DNA of 64,000 nt from Kudoa neothunni (lineage: Eukaryota > Animalia > Cnidaria), in the NCBI GenBank assembly GCA_964304625.1, contig OZ199838.1, forward strand, positions 6,309,531 through 6,373,530, given 5' to 3'. Position 1 is the stretch's first letter. Every line of letters starts with the position of its first letter. Positions 1 to 15,176 of the stretch are shown one piece after another. The notes beneath the pieces are model-generated. The model ran no database searches. It was not told the origin of the DNA and worked only from the letters and a program-made list of their open reading frames with translations. A program made the translations under genes and the position numbers.

Positions 1-1643
1 TAAAAATGTAATATATAACTAACCTTTACTGGTCATTTTTTGTTTTCATTTCTAACAAATAATTCTCGAATGTTTGTTGTAACAATGTTCGGAGCAATAA
101 TAACATTTTTTCTTTATTTTTATATCAGAGAATAGAGCGCATAAAATACCCCTTTTTCGTAATGGATGGGATATTGTCTACCTTACCCACACACCCTTAG
201 TTTTGTTATAATCGACAATAACTTGAGGATTTTTTGTCTGATCATGGCATAAATTAACATTGTTTGAGGACGTCCCCAATAAATGACCGCGTTGTCCTTT
301 TTAGGAAAGCTGAACTAAAAAACTCCCCCCCCCCTATTCCTTGGTTTTAATAATTAATGAGATATCCCGTTTATTACGCCAGATAGTCTTCAGAAAACTC
401 AAACTCAGGTTAGAAGTTTGTTTACCAACGGAATCAAAGTGGAAAAATTATCACAAAAAATGTTTCTACTAGCTTTTTCAAGCCCGACGAAAGCTCTAAA
501 ACAACCTTTTTACCAACACGTTTAGTAATATGGTCATTGTTTCCTCCAAGGTAGACGAAAATATTACGTTCATAATTGGTATGAGGGTCAATTAAAAGAA
601 AAAATTTCAAGACATAAACCGAACGTTTAGAGGGAATACACTACGTAAAGGGAAACCTGCCTCTCAATGAAACTAATTGTTCATCAACAGTAGGATGAGC
701 AGAGGGAATTAGACACATCGGCAAAATACTTTTCCACCTATTGAAAACTTCGGTTGCCAGGAAAAACTTATTGACTTCTCATCGCAAACTCTTGTCTCGC
801 AGTCATCAAAGTGAACACTTCCATTTATTTAGGTGAACCTATACAGCAGCATGATTCTACGAGGTATATGATGTCCTTTATTCAAGCTCCACAATTGCTT
901 AAGAGATTCAATTTTAGATTTAAAGATTGACATATATTTAATAATTCCTATGTATAGTTTATATTTCACTATATTTAGATTTTCCGTCTGCATCCGTAAT
1001 GATGAAAAGCACCAAATTTATTAGTGTGAGTAATCGCAGAATTGAAAAATTCATCATCAAAAAAATGGAAAACTATCCCGTAAATTGCAAATTCGGGATG
1101 TTAAAAATGCAGTCAGACCTAGAGGTTTGTTTAAGATGTATTCTTTCTTGATGTTTGTATTTGAAGGCGCAAACGAAGGCCATAACACATTGTTTTTGTC
1201 CCTATACGTGTTCTTCAGGCCCCAATCATCAGAACAATTACAACGATGTGAAGAGAAACATTCTTCAATACAACTCTTTCATTTCTAATGGCCGGTAACA
1301 ATTGGCATCGCTCGACTAATATCGGAAACATAACCCTTGATTTTTCTCAATATTTAATGGATGTAACCTTTCGGAGTCAAAGTATATTATTTTTTATAAT
1401 TTTATAAAAGCTTTTGTGAAATAAAAAAGTGGGGTCTACCCCGACCCCAAAACTGCTTGGTGTAAGTATTTGATATAAAATCCTAGAAAACAAAAAATCC
1501 TAATTTTAAAAATAAATTATGAATATATAGGAACTTTTAAAAGAATAATGATTGGATCCAGTTAATTTAACACTTTCAATGAGAAGTGAATTGAGATTAA
1601 AATCGGCGTGGGGTCCACTTCGACCCCAAAAATGCTTGGAGGG
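1..1643 (-). mobile_element. Degenerate piggyBac DNA transposon (other end outside the window)
   Basis: Minus-strand transposase remnants TVDEQLVSLRGRFPFT*CIPSK (~620-690) and KNPQVIVDYNKTKG (~195-240). Terminus GGG(1641-1643)+TTAA(1644-1647). Two copies of subterminal palindrome GGGGTC-N6-GACCCC (1431-1448, 1610-1627). Confidence 0.85.
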
Positions 1644-2166
1644 TTAAAGAGATTTTCAACAGATTGAACGTTAGAATATATATTTTTCCATTTGAAGCAG
1701 ATATATTATATAATTATTAATAAGGACAATAATGAGTTTTAGATAATACAGAAAAATAATTTCTGTTTAACTTTTATAAATTAATTCCTTAACTTTTCAA
1801 TTATAAATAAATCTTTTGAAAATATGACATTATATTTTTAACAAAAATCTTATATGGGATATATTATGATTATGCAAAAAAATAATAAATTTTATTGTTT
1901 AAAATGTCGCTATTCCAAATTTTTTAACGCAAACCCTAATGTTATAATTCACCAAAATTAGTTTTAATTTTTTTAAATAGATAAAAACTATTATAACATT
2001 TCATAACCATTTTGAATAAAATATTGAAAATATAGCGACACAGAGGTACAATTTTTTTGTTTTTTTAAATTTAAATGAACATTGGGAAGGAAGGTATTAA
2101 AATTCGACAAAAAATTACCGTATATACTCGAGTATAAGTCGCAGTCATAAACCAAAAATTTATTAA

Positions 2167-4499
2167 CCCTTTCAGTCCCATTGTTCACTGTAGTGAACAA
2201 ACCATTATTTTGGCTACCACGTATTGAATAGACTTATATAGAAAACCAAAAGTAAATTAAACTGAAGATTTTAGTATTGAGATTGTAAATATTTTTAATT
2301 TATATCGTATTTAAGAACGAACAAAATTTTATTAAACGATACTTTTTACTAAATCCGGATTAAAAAATTGCAATCTTATTCTGTCTATAAAAGTATGTTT
2401 TAATTTATAAATAAAACAAAAAAAATATATTATAGATAATTATGATCAGTTTATTTTGTCAAATATTCACATTGATACAAAAGTAAACAAATGTACACAG
2501 CTTTAAAAGCATGTGTTCACTACGATGAACAACGGGCTCCAACGGAACTAAAATTTTGGATTATAATGGATCGCGATTTCAGAGCAACAAGGTCAAACAG
2601 TGGAAAAATACATGCGGAAGTTATAGTTCTTCCTGATGCTGATATTTCAGATCTGGATGTGTATTCTGATGACGAATTTTATCCAATAAAAAGCTAAAAT
2701 GTTAAGGAATCCTCTACTAGCTCGTCGGATGAATCGGTTGCTGTGGAAGAGGAAACAGATTTCAAATGGACTAAAGAAGGGCCCTGGATTGAGCGACCTG
2801 AAAATGTAACCACGGATGAAAATTTTGAATAACTTGAAGATTTTCGTGAGCCAATAGACTACTTTAATTTCTTCTTTGGCAATGAACTAATGGAACTAAT
2901 AATATCACAATCAAATATTTATTCCACTCAATTTGGATCGACTTTTCGAACACATGTTGAAGAAATTCAAAAGTTCATCGGCGTTCTTATTTTGATGGGC
3001 ATCGTTAGGATGCCTCGTTACCGCTGTTATTGGAGTAAATCCCTGAATTATCCTCCTGTTTCGAATACTTTCTCCAGAATTCGTTTTCAGCAAATCCTCA
3101 AATTTTTACGTTTTAATAATAACGAAACTCTTATAACGAACCAAAACTCACCCACTTTCGATCGTTTCGCGAAAATTAGACCTTTTCTTGACCATCTCAG
3201 GATGGCATGCTTAAAAATAACCCCAGAAGTACGAAAATCAATTGACGAGCAAATGATTCCGTTTAAAGGAAAATGTAAAGCAAGGCAATACCTACCGAGG
3301 AAACCTTCAAAGTGGGGCTTCAAAGTTTTCGCTAGATGCGGTGTTAGTGGCATCGTGTATGACTTTCACATATATGATGGAAAAAGACCTACGGTTGCTC
3401 AAAGCTGTGGTCTAATCTCAGGAGACTTCGTTGTTAAACTATCCGAAACTCTCTCAACTTCAAATACATATTTTCTTTATTTTGACAACTACTTTACTTC
3501 CATCCCACTTCAAGTATTTTTAAAAAACCGAAATATTTACTCAATTAGTACAATTCGAAGAAATAGAATAAAGAATTGCCCTTTAACTCCCGCAAAGATA
3601 TTCGAGAAAAATGGTCGCGGAGCGTATGAAAGAGCGCAAGATCTTCATCAAGGTATTGTGTTATCTCAATGGTGTGATGGCTCAATAGTTACATTGTCCT
3701 CAACTCATTCTTCTTTGGAACCTAGTCTCAGTGTAAGGAGATTTGATAAACGTCTCAAACGAATGGTTAATGTTGAGTGTCCTAATGTTATTTCTGAATA
3801 CAAACACATGGGGGGGTGTCGATCTATCAGATATGCTGATGGCATTGTATAGATTAGAGCATAAATCTTTAAAATTTTACATGAAAATTTTCATGTGGGG
3901 TCTGGTCTAAATACGGCCATTATTAATTCATGGCTGCTATATCGCAGAAACTCCATCATACGAAAGACGCCCAGAAAGGAAATGAAAGACTTGTTGTCAT
4001 TTACAGAATCCATTAGCGAATCACTCATCTATTATAGAAATCGGGTAGTAATACCAAAGCGAGGTCGACCAAGTCTGGATGCGTGTGAAGATTATGATGT
4101 CATCTCTTGCCCCAAACGTCAAAAAAATAATGTACTATCAGATTCTATTAGATTTGACAATGTTGGTCATTACCCTACGATGAATGAATCAAAAAATAGG
4201 TGCCGTCTATGTAAAAGGAACACACAGTTCGCATGTGTAAAATGTTTGGCTACTTGTTGAATTGTTAAAGGAAGGAATTGTTTTTATGATTTCCATGTAA
4301 AAAAAACTAATTAATTATTAATAAAATTTATTTTTTTCTCATTTAAAAATTTTGTTTTTTTACCGTTGGAACCCGTTGTTCACTGTAGTGAACAAGACAA
4401 AATGTGATGAATTGGAACTTAGAGAACTCTTTTTAAATTAAAAATTAAAATTTCTTGTTTTTAATGCTCCTTCTATATAATAATTTTTTTTCGAAAGGG
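2167..4499 (+). mobile_element. piggyBac transposon (PGBD2/3-like), nested in the pogo element
   Basis: TTAA at 2163-2166 and 4500-4503. Termini CCCTTTC / GAAAGGG. Identical internal palindrome TTGTTCACT-GT-AGTGAACAA near both ends (2181-2200, ~4376-4395). Confidence 0.93.
2567..4310 (+). pseudogene. piggyBac transposase, disrupted
   Basis: Motifs SIDEQMIPFKG, KPSKWGFKVFARCGVSGIVYDF and YFDNYFTS, plus C-terminal CRLC...CVKC Cys-rich domain. In-frame stops near 2695 and 2829, and a frameshift at the YNxxMGGVD motif (~3800). Confidence 0.9.
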
Positions 4500-4598
4500 T
4501 TAATGCTTAAACATTTAGCGATTTACAACGTATATTTTGAATAAAATCGAATTATTTAAGACAAATAAGAAAATATTCATTATACAAAAAATAAATGG

Positions 4599-5950
4599 TT
4601 ATTTTAAAAAAATTAACAAACTATTAATATTCATTGTCGTCATCATCATCCTTAGCTGACGAACACTCATCCTCATCAAAAAGGCGTAGCTTTGTTCTAA
4701 TGTTGAAGTATCGTCGTGAATCAAATCCATCTCTTCTTCCGTATTATTGTGTATTTCGTCGTCTTCCCAGAGTATATCGTCTCCAATTCCATCCATCTCA
4801 TTAGAAATGCCACATTTTTTGAACGATTTCTTAATTATACTCGTGTCTATGGAGAGCAAAGAGTCTTTAACCCATTTAGCTACCAATGCTAATGCAGGTC
4901 TCATAAAATTTCCTGATGCTGTCTTTTTCGCCAATCCGTCTGAGATCCATTTGATCCATTGATCGCGTACTTTACATTTGAATGGAAAATTTAAAGAAAC
5001 ATCTAAAGGTTGTAATATTGAGGGTAAGCCCGAAGGAATAACAGTAGTATCTGTTTTATAGTAGTTTTTGATACGCTGTTTGACATCATCAACGAGATGA
5101 GCTCGGAACATATTCCAAACTAACAGACTTAGATTTTTATCCAAATTACCACTTGGGAGACGAGACCATACTTTCTGCATCCAAATATGAAGTCCTTCCA
5201 CATCCATCCATCCATCCATCCATTGTTTCTCGTGAACATGAATAACGACTCCAAGAGGGAATTATTCTTTGGGAAACGTTTTCCGTTAAAAAATTATCAT
5301 TAGAGGCAATTTAGTTCCATCTGCCATACAGGTTAAAACGATAGTAAAGTGTGTTTTTTCGTGACCAGTTGTTCTAACCGTCAGTTTTGGTTCCTATATT
5401 ATCAACTTTCTGGTTACCTGGAGCACCAAAAAACATAGGTGTTTCGTCCATGTTTCCAATCCGACTAAGATCATAATTTATCTTTTTCCCTATATCTGTA
5501 ACAAATTTATGAAAGTTGATAATCTTGTAATCTAAATGGGGCGGAAGTTTTTGGCGAATTTTAGTCCTTTGTCTAAGAGCTAAACCATGTCTGTTCATAA
5601 AACGCGTGCACCATCCAGCCGATACTTTAAAGTTTGAGGCCTTTATAATATCTTTTGATTTTTATCGAATCGATCCGCGCTTCACTACGTATCCGGTTTT
5701 TCTCATTTTATTTATCCATTAGTTTAACTATTCCTCTTCGCGGATAAATTTAGACGTCTTTCCCCTATTGACTTTTCTTGAAACTGGCATTTCTTCCAAC
5801 TGTAGAACAGATTTTCTCCAATCGCGTACCTGCTTTTCGCTAACTCCATTTTTATTAGCCGCAAGTCGATTCTTGTCACATTCGATAGCATATTTTGCAA
5901 CTTTTAATTTTAATATGGCGTCATAGCAATGTCTTTTTTAATAGAACTCA
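4599..5950 (-). pseudogene. pogo transposase pseudogene (Brinker-like HTH + CENP-B HTH + DDE_1)
   Basis: Fragments ...LKLKVAKYAIE...GVSEKQVRDWRK, IGNMDETPMFF and IPSGLPSILQPLDVSLNFPFK, split by frameshifts and stops. Confidence 0.88.
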
Positions 5951-6324
5951 TTATCCTAACATAAGTGAAATACAAATTAAATATCAACGAAACAATTTCG
6001 TCATTTTAATTAAAACAATATTTTTTTATATATAATGATAAAACATAGAACAAACTCATTACGGATGATTTATATACTTTACTAATTACCAGCCTAATTT
6101 TTACGTCGATGTCTCGCGTAAAGTCGCAAGCGGTTTTTGAGGTATAGCTTTTTGAAAAAAAGTGCGACTTACTTATACCCGAGTATATACGGTAGTAGCT
6201 AAAGAGTTTACTTTATACTGCGTGACTTAATAGTTGATAAACTTAACATATTGTTACTCATATTACGGGAGAAAGTGGCTATTGGCTTATTAAATAATAT
6301 CCAGATGTCAATAGTTTTGATTAT

Positions 6325-6455
6325 ACTTAATTATTTATGACCCCTAAGAATGAAGGAATGAGCCAGAAATAATTAAATGTTACAGACTTTAAAAAATTAG
6401 ATCTGTATACGTTTCTGTGAATAAGATAAGCCGGACTTAAAAATTAGTATATCGC
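6325..6455 (+). repeat. Dispersed ~130-bp repeat (second copy ~29965-30095), probable MITE remnant
   Basis: Both copies share CCCCTAAGA...CAGAAATAATTAAAT...TTTAAAAAATTA(G/A)ATCTGT(A/G)TAC. Confidence 0.6.
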
Positions 6456-7037
6456 ATGAACATATTGGGATGGGGTGCCCGCACCTTAGGGGATGTGAAC
6501 TTTGGTCTCAGGGGGCGAGTCCAGTTTTAGTTGAAAAGCTTTGTATTAGGATTAGAATTTGTCACTTCAATAGCCTTTGTCATTATGGACTTATTTATGA
6601 TCATTATAAATCCAAAAACTTCAATATTATAATTTATAATATTGATTTTCGGATTTTTAACTCGATTTAGAGGAAGTATTGATCTATTTCACGTTTATGT
6701 AATTAAAAATTACATTAAATAATTTAAACCATTTTTTACACGAAATAGAAAAACCTTGTATTGTCTGTTACCTCTGAGTTGATTTTGTAATAAACGTGGA
6801 ATTAATATATCTACAACATTTAAATCCTTATTTTTTGTAATTAATTCCAATAATAATAATATCGATCAAGTATATATTAGGTCGATACAGAAATTCATGC
6901 AATCAAAATTTTTTTTCACTCTTGGAGTCCAAAGGCCATGTACGTAAAAATTACTTGATATAATTTTGTTTTGAACTATTTAAAAGCTCTATAATATTCA
7001 TTATGGAAAGATGACACTAAATTATATATTTTACTAA

Positions 7038-9808
7038 CCCTTCCGGTACCAACGGGGGTATTCGAGAGACCCCACAATATTAATTTTGTTTCTAAATCCA
7101 AAAATCAGCTGCTGATAGTCTTAAAAGTTTCAGAATACCTCTATTACTATTATTTCGACATTTCGATGAAAATATTTTTTATAATATAATTAAATCTAAT
7201 GAATAAATTCAAAAATCATACTAGAGTTAATTTTTAATGCATCGGATTAGTTTTCTAATGTTACATATTTGTTTTATAAAAATTAAAAATAGCTTTACCA
7301 CTCCGAAAATTTGATAATATCCGTTCTATTACATGGGCAAATGGTGCGCCTTTCTAAATATTACCGCCTTGCGGATTAACGAGTATTAATCCGATTAAGC
7401 CATGCGCCTAATATTTCTTGCGGATATTGAGGTAGCAATTGTTAAATGACTTTTTTTGAGGCATCGGTAATATTTAGTGTGAGACTAGACCAAACCATTG
7501 ATGATGTTGAAAAACTTATTGAGGATTCTTTTTCTGTAGATAATGATAATTGCTCAGAATACGAAATATCTGATTCAAATGATTGCGGTGAAGATGATTG
7601 TGTTATTAGTGATATAGATAGTGATGAAGATTTTCAAAGTGACGTTTAATCTGCTCAAGTAAACCCGAATAATGATTCTATTTTTTCCCCGCCTGGTCTT
7701 GAATGGTTCAAAAGAATTTGTTCGAAAACGAAAACTAAATCACATAACATCGTTACTTCATCCTCAGGCATTTTAGAGGAAGCGAACAATATAACGTCTA
7801 TTTATGATGCCTTTGAATTGTTTATGTCGGGTGATATAATTAATGAGATAGTAAAATACACCGACAAATATAGTGAAGAATCTAACCTAGAGAATCACGC
7901 AACAATATCTAAAGATGAAATATAAGCATTTATAGGCATATAAATGCTGCTGCGCATTCAAATGGTAAGATACTTGCTCATAGGAATATGTGGGATGGTT
8001 GTCAATTATTCAAACAATTATTTTTCTCCATAGTTGTGTCCAGAACCGGGTTCACTTATATTTTTAGAAAAATCCGTTTCGACGATAAAACAAATAGAAT
8101 TTATCGGTTTTGAACTACAAATGACAAATTTGAATCTTGTTAACAATTTTTCAATCTATTTAATGAAAATTGCCTGAAGTGTTATTCACCAGGCACGCAT
8201 ATTACAGTCTACGAAAGGTTAGTAAGGTTTCGGGGTAAATGCCCATTTCGTGCGTATATGAAAAGCAAGCTCGGACGATTCAAAATCAAACTTTGGGTGG
8301 CCGCAGACATGGGAACGTCATACCTACTGAATATTCAGCCTTATACTGGGAAGATTAATGGAATAAGGATAAAAATTTCAGATTGAGATATTTCAAGTGT
8401 TTCAAATTTGTTTGCATAAAATATAGGAGAAAAAGAAACATTATTTATTGTTTTGATTATACCGATTCTTTGGAACTAATCTTATTAATATATTTTTTTA
8501 TTGGAAATATGCTTGCAGCTTATATATTATACAAACATTTTCATTAAGAATTAAATACAATGTATGATTCATTTTACGATATCTGATACATTCAAATTTA
8601 CGGTATATGCAATTTTAATCCATTATAATGAATGAATTCTAACTAAGGCTCAGCGGATTTGTAATTTTTGAATCTATGCACATTTGTTCCATTCGGGATA
8701 AAAAATATCTGTCTGTTGAACAAACGAATAAAATTAATCCCGCTATAGAAAAAAGGATAATTTTTTACAAAATAATTCTTTACTTTAGGAAATTATACCG
8801 AGTATGCCTCATTAAATTAAGAAAATGTCTGCATAAAAATAGTTATTCTAATTTATGTTTACATTAATATTTTGCGAATTTCAAAAATAGTAAAATAATG
8901 GCGAGACAAAAATGATTTCGTTGTACCAATAAATATTAAAAATAACTACGTAAAAATATAACAGATTTGTTGACTATTATTTTTGGTGTATTAAACGCTG
9001 ATGCTCAAATAATGCAAACTTAAGTCCCTGCGTCAGTCATTGTTTAAAAATATTGTCATTTTATGTATAATTTAATGGAAGTAGCTATTGACACGGCAAA
9101 TAATATTTAGACGTCATTAATTTTGGCTATATTTAATTATTTTTAGCCCACCAATTCGCTTTTAGCGAGCAGGAGTATTTAAATAGAGCAGATTCTAAAC
9201 AATTAAATCTGTATATAGCTTTTGAGCGAGATTCGCGGAGATTAAAAATTTTTTATCGCATAAGCGTATATGCCGTTTAGGACTAAATTTTACCATGTCT
9301 ATATCCTCTGCGTAATAAAATTTAGGAAATAATAAAGATCAGCATTGGAAAATAGAAGTCGTCCCTCGTATGGCGTAATAACGATTGATCAAAGCGGCTA
9401 TCACATCAAACACCCATTAATTACGGCCTCATCTACTTTTACCGAGAAGCAATGAGCATTTAGTTGTTGCGATAGTCATGATTTTGTCGAATTATTCATA
9501 TTTTGATAATTAGTCTTCCAAATAGCCTGTTTTGATATAAAAATGATAATATTTGCTATTTATATTACATTTTGATGCATTTGTATCATTGTTCTTGCTA
9601 TAGTTTTCGTCATGAACAAAATGATTTACGTATAGATCAAATAATAAAAACGGATCATATTTAGCTTGAATTATCATATTTGCGTCTTTAATTTTTGGTA
9701 AAATAGTTTTGAGCAGATTGAAAAAATTTAAGGTGTATTTCGATTGGGGTACGCTAGTGACCCCAGTGGGTCACCCGCGTTTTGTTATCGTAGTTGGTAC
9801 GAGGAGGG
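7038..9808 (+). mobile_element. Degenerate piggyBac transposon
   Basis: Imperfect TIRs CCCTTCCGGTACCAAC / GTTGGTACGAGGAGGG. Flanks CTAA (7034-7037) and TTAA (9809-9812). GGGGT-N9-ACCCC palindromes at 7055-7073 and 9746-9764. Transposase remnant ITVYERLVRFRGKCPFRAYMKSK..KIKLWVAAD (~8200-8310). Confidence 0.85.
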
Positions 9809-11648
9809 TTAATATTGTCAACAAATTATACAGTTGTGAAAGAATAAAATTTACTGGGTCTGAAAGGACTCAACAAACTATAACTTAGTTAGTTACAGAA
9901 TGTGTAAAATTAATTTGGAACTTTTTAATATCTAAAGTTTTAAAGTATATTTTATTGATTTGTGCGGAAAATTAACAAGGCTTTCTTAGAAATAAAAACT
10001 TTATAATAAAAGTATCGTCCATAGATTCAGAAGTTACTCTATTAATCGACTGTATTTTTATAATTTTTGAGTTTTTGTAATGTGGCACCCTCCCAAAATG
10101 TATGATTTCAGATCTTTAACCTAATAAATTGCACCACGTGATTTTTTCTAGTCTGGAATGATAAATACGAAGTCATTACCAGTTATCGACTGTACAAAAA
10201 CAATTCCATACTTATCATAAAATATTATCAATGTTGTAGATAATTTGATTGACCAGAATGCGCGCATAATTTTTTTATCCTAGATAGATTCGACTTTTTC
10301 AAGAATTTTAACAATTTTTTTAGCACCTAAAAAAATTAAAATAAGTTATATTGTATATAATTTATACACGGTCTCAAAAACCACTCTATATCATCGTAAC
10401 ACAAGCTTGTTCGGGATCTTTAAAAGATAACGAACATTTTCCAATTCAATATCATGTAAATTGGGTTAATTTCACCTCTATATAGTAGATCATAAACAAT
10501 TGGAGTCTATTATGAAATATATTACTATCTCTAAAGGATTGATGAGGTTGTAAGCGTGGTTGTTGGTTTTACGGAATGAAATTCAGGACAATAGTCCGAA
10601 TTCCCCATACAATTAACGGCTAACCAAAAAGATGCCAAAGTTGAACATTAATATTGGTTAGAATGGCGTAACAATTCCAGATAGATTTTCAACTATTAGA
10701 GCAATAGCGATTGGGCTAAATGGATGTTTTTGAAACCCGCATTTTGTTTTTCACATCACACGGCAAACACTATCACCATCATCGATTGTAAATCACCACA
10801 GTTGAAGAATTTAATGATAAAACAGGGTGAATCATAATTTATTTGATATAATGGAGATTTTACGGCAGGATAAAACAATATATGCGAGATAGCTCACAAT
10901 GAATGTGAAACAATATTTCCCGTCCAATCCAAAAGTATGATAACTATATCGATAGATAGGTGCTAATAGATAGATAAAAATTGTATGAGTTGATTAGGAA
11001 AGTAATAATGAGTTGCCGATTACAGTAATGCCCGCATATTTTAGTCCTAATTCAGAAAACAAAACCCCACTATAATAGCGTTAATTTTAGAGAATCAGTT
11101 GGTAGGGAAATTATATTGATGTTCGGTGGTAGATAGTGGTTATTTATCTGTAACGATTAAAATCGGGAATCGGTCTCAAGGTAAAAACAATTGTCTCATC
11201 TATTGCGATAAAAGACAACCACCTCCAGGACTCATCCCACTGTATCAAATTGTAACTGTGTGTCTCTCAATAAAAATTGCAATTATCGAAATTTTGGCTT
11301 ATTATTATTGATTGAGATAAGGTGAAGTTGTTTTAAAGTTGGTTTTCACACAACACAATTACACTACCTACATACATTCATTGTGTAGGTAGATACAGAG
11401 AGCGAGTGTGAGTGAGAGAGACTGTGGCCGACAACCCTTAACACATTCCCTAAGGTATATACGCCATCAATAATAACAATAATAATCGTGGCATTTATAG
11501 GCTGATCCATTGTAGTGGAAGAAAATTTAAACTATAACTTTTTTTAAATTCTCTTACACAGCCAACTAACATTAAACAGTGCAAATTGGCAGACATTTTC
11601 ATATAGATAACCAACTGCTATAAGTTAAGGAAATAAAGTCCAAACCAT

Positions 11649-13959
<2,311 letters not shown>

Positions 13960-15176
13960 ACCAATTCCACGACATTTCAATTTAATGGTTTACTAACTTT
14001 CACTGGTGTGCGAGATATTTCCTTGACTTTCTTTGTGTACATATACCTGCCAAGTGATTGATGTATTTGGGTGCTACGTATTGTCAACTTCATTCCCACA
14101 AACCACTACCACTCGGTGTCATCGCGTCTTATTCGAACACAATAATAACTGTGTTTTATTACTTTTTCACATCAAATTAAAATTTTTCTATGGCTACTAT
14201 GTTTTGCTATTCGAACAAGTTTAATGAATTTACATAACTGTTTTAAGTAGATGCGAAATTCCACTGATCGGCATTCCATGGATTTTGGATATATTTTTTT
14301 AATACATACCTATGGAAGTCCTCATTATTTTTGTCATACTGGTAGTCATGCGAGTTTAATTCTTATTTATTTAAAGGAACTATTTAAACTTCCTATTTTA
14401 GCTAATTACGAGCTTAAACAAATGCATAATGTTGATAGAGTTGTCTTGGGGTGATGCCTCACCCCCAAAACAATAAACAAAATCGCTAAGCAACTGTCAT
14501 TTTAAACAAAAAATATGAACTCATCTCACATGAAACTACAACAAAGTCAGGGAAACTGTTTCTATTTTATTTCGATTATAACACCTAATGATATTCTTGA
14601 GATAATTCATAACATAAAATTTAATAAAACCCTCAAAATCTAGATATTCTGAATTATATAACAAATATATCTCTGACTATGTAATTATATTGGGTATTTA
14701 ACAATAATAAAAATTATGAAGATGAAATCCTCATTAAGCCCATAGATTTTTGGATCTTATTGTCATTTCATCCTCATTAAAAAAATAAATAAGCATACTC
14801 ATCAAATTATATATTCTACAGCGTATTACTTTCAATAAAAATATTTTTTTGTCTTTAGAACAAAATATTTGTAAGTTCTGTTATATGAGCTAAATAATGC
14901 TTAAGAAATTTTTTTGCAAATAATAAACCTACCTCTAAAAAAATAAATCTTAATGCGCCTTATTTATTCAAAAATAAATACAAGGCCTATCTTATATTCG
15001 AGGAAACATGCTAACTATTTTATTAATTTTTGTAAGAACAGTTAATTTGATTCATATTATTCGTCATCGGAAAAAAGACAAAATATTACTCATAAATAAT
15101 TCCTTTGAATAAATCTTTATCAAAATATATAGGAAAGGTCGCTACAAAAAACTATAAATATCTATAGTACAAATAT

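Larger units (their letters stand above)
2118..6192 (-). mobile_element. pogo-superfamily (POGK/Passer-like) DNA transposon interrupted by a piggyBac
   Basis: TA target duplications (2116-2117, 6193-6194). TIR CCGTATATACTCGAGTATAAGTCGCA and its near-perfect inverse ending at 6192. Encloses a disrupted DDE_1 transposase. Confidence 0.92.

Noticed and set aside
10100-11290. Possible additional very old piggyBac remnant
   Set aside because: Only faint motif resemblance and no identifiable termini.
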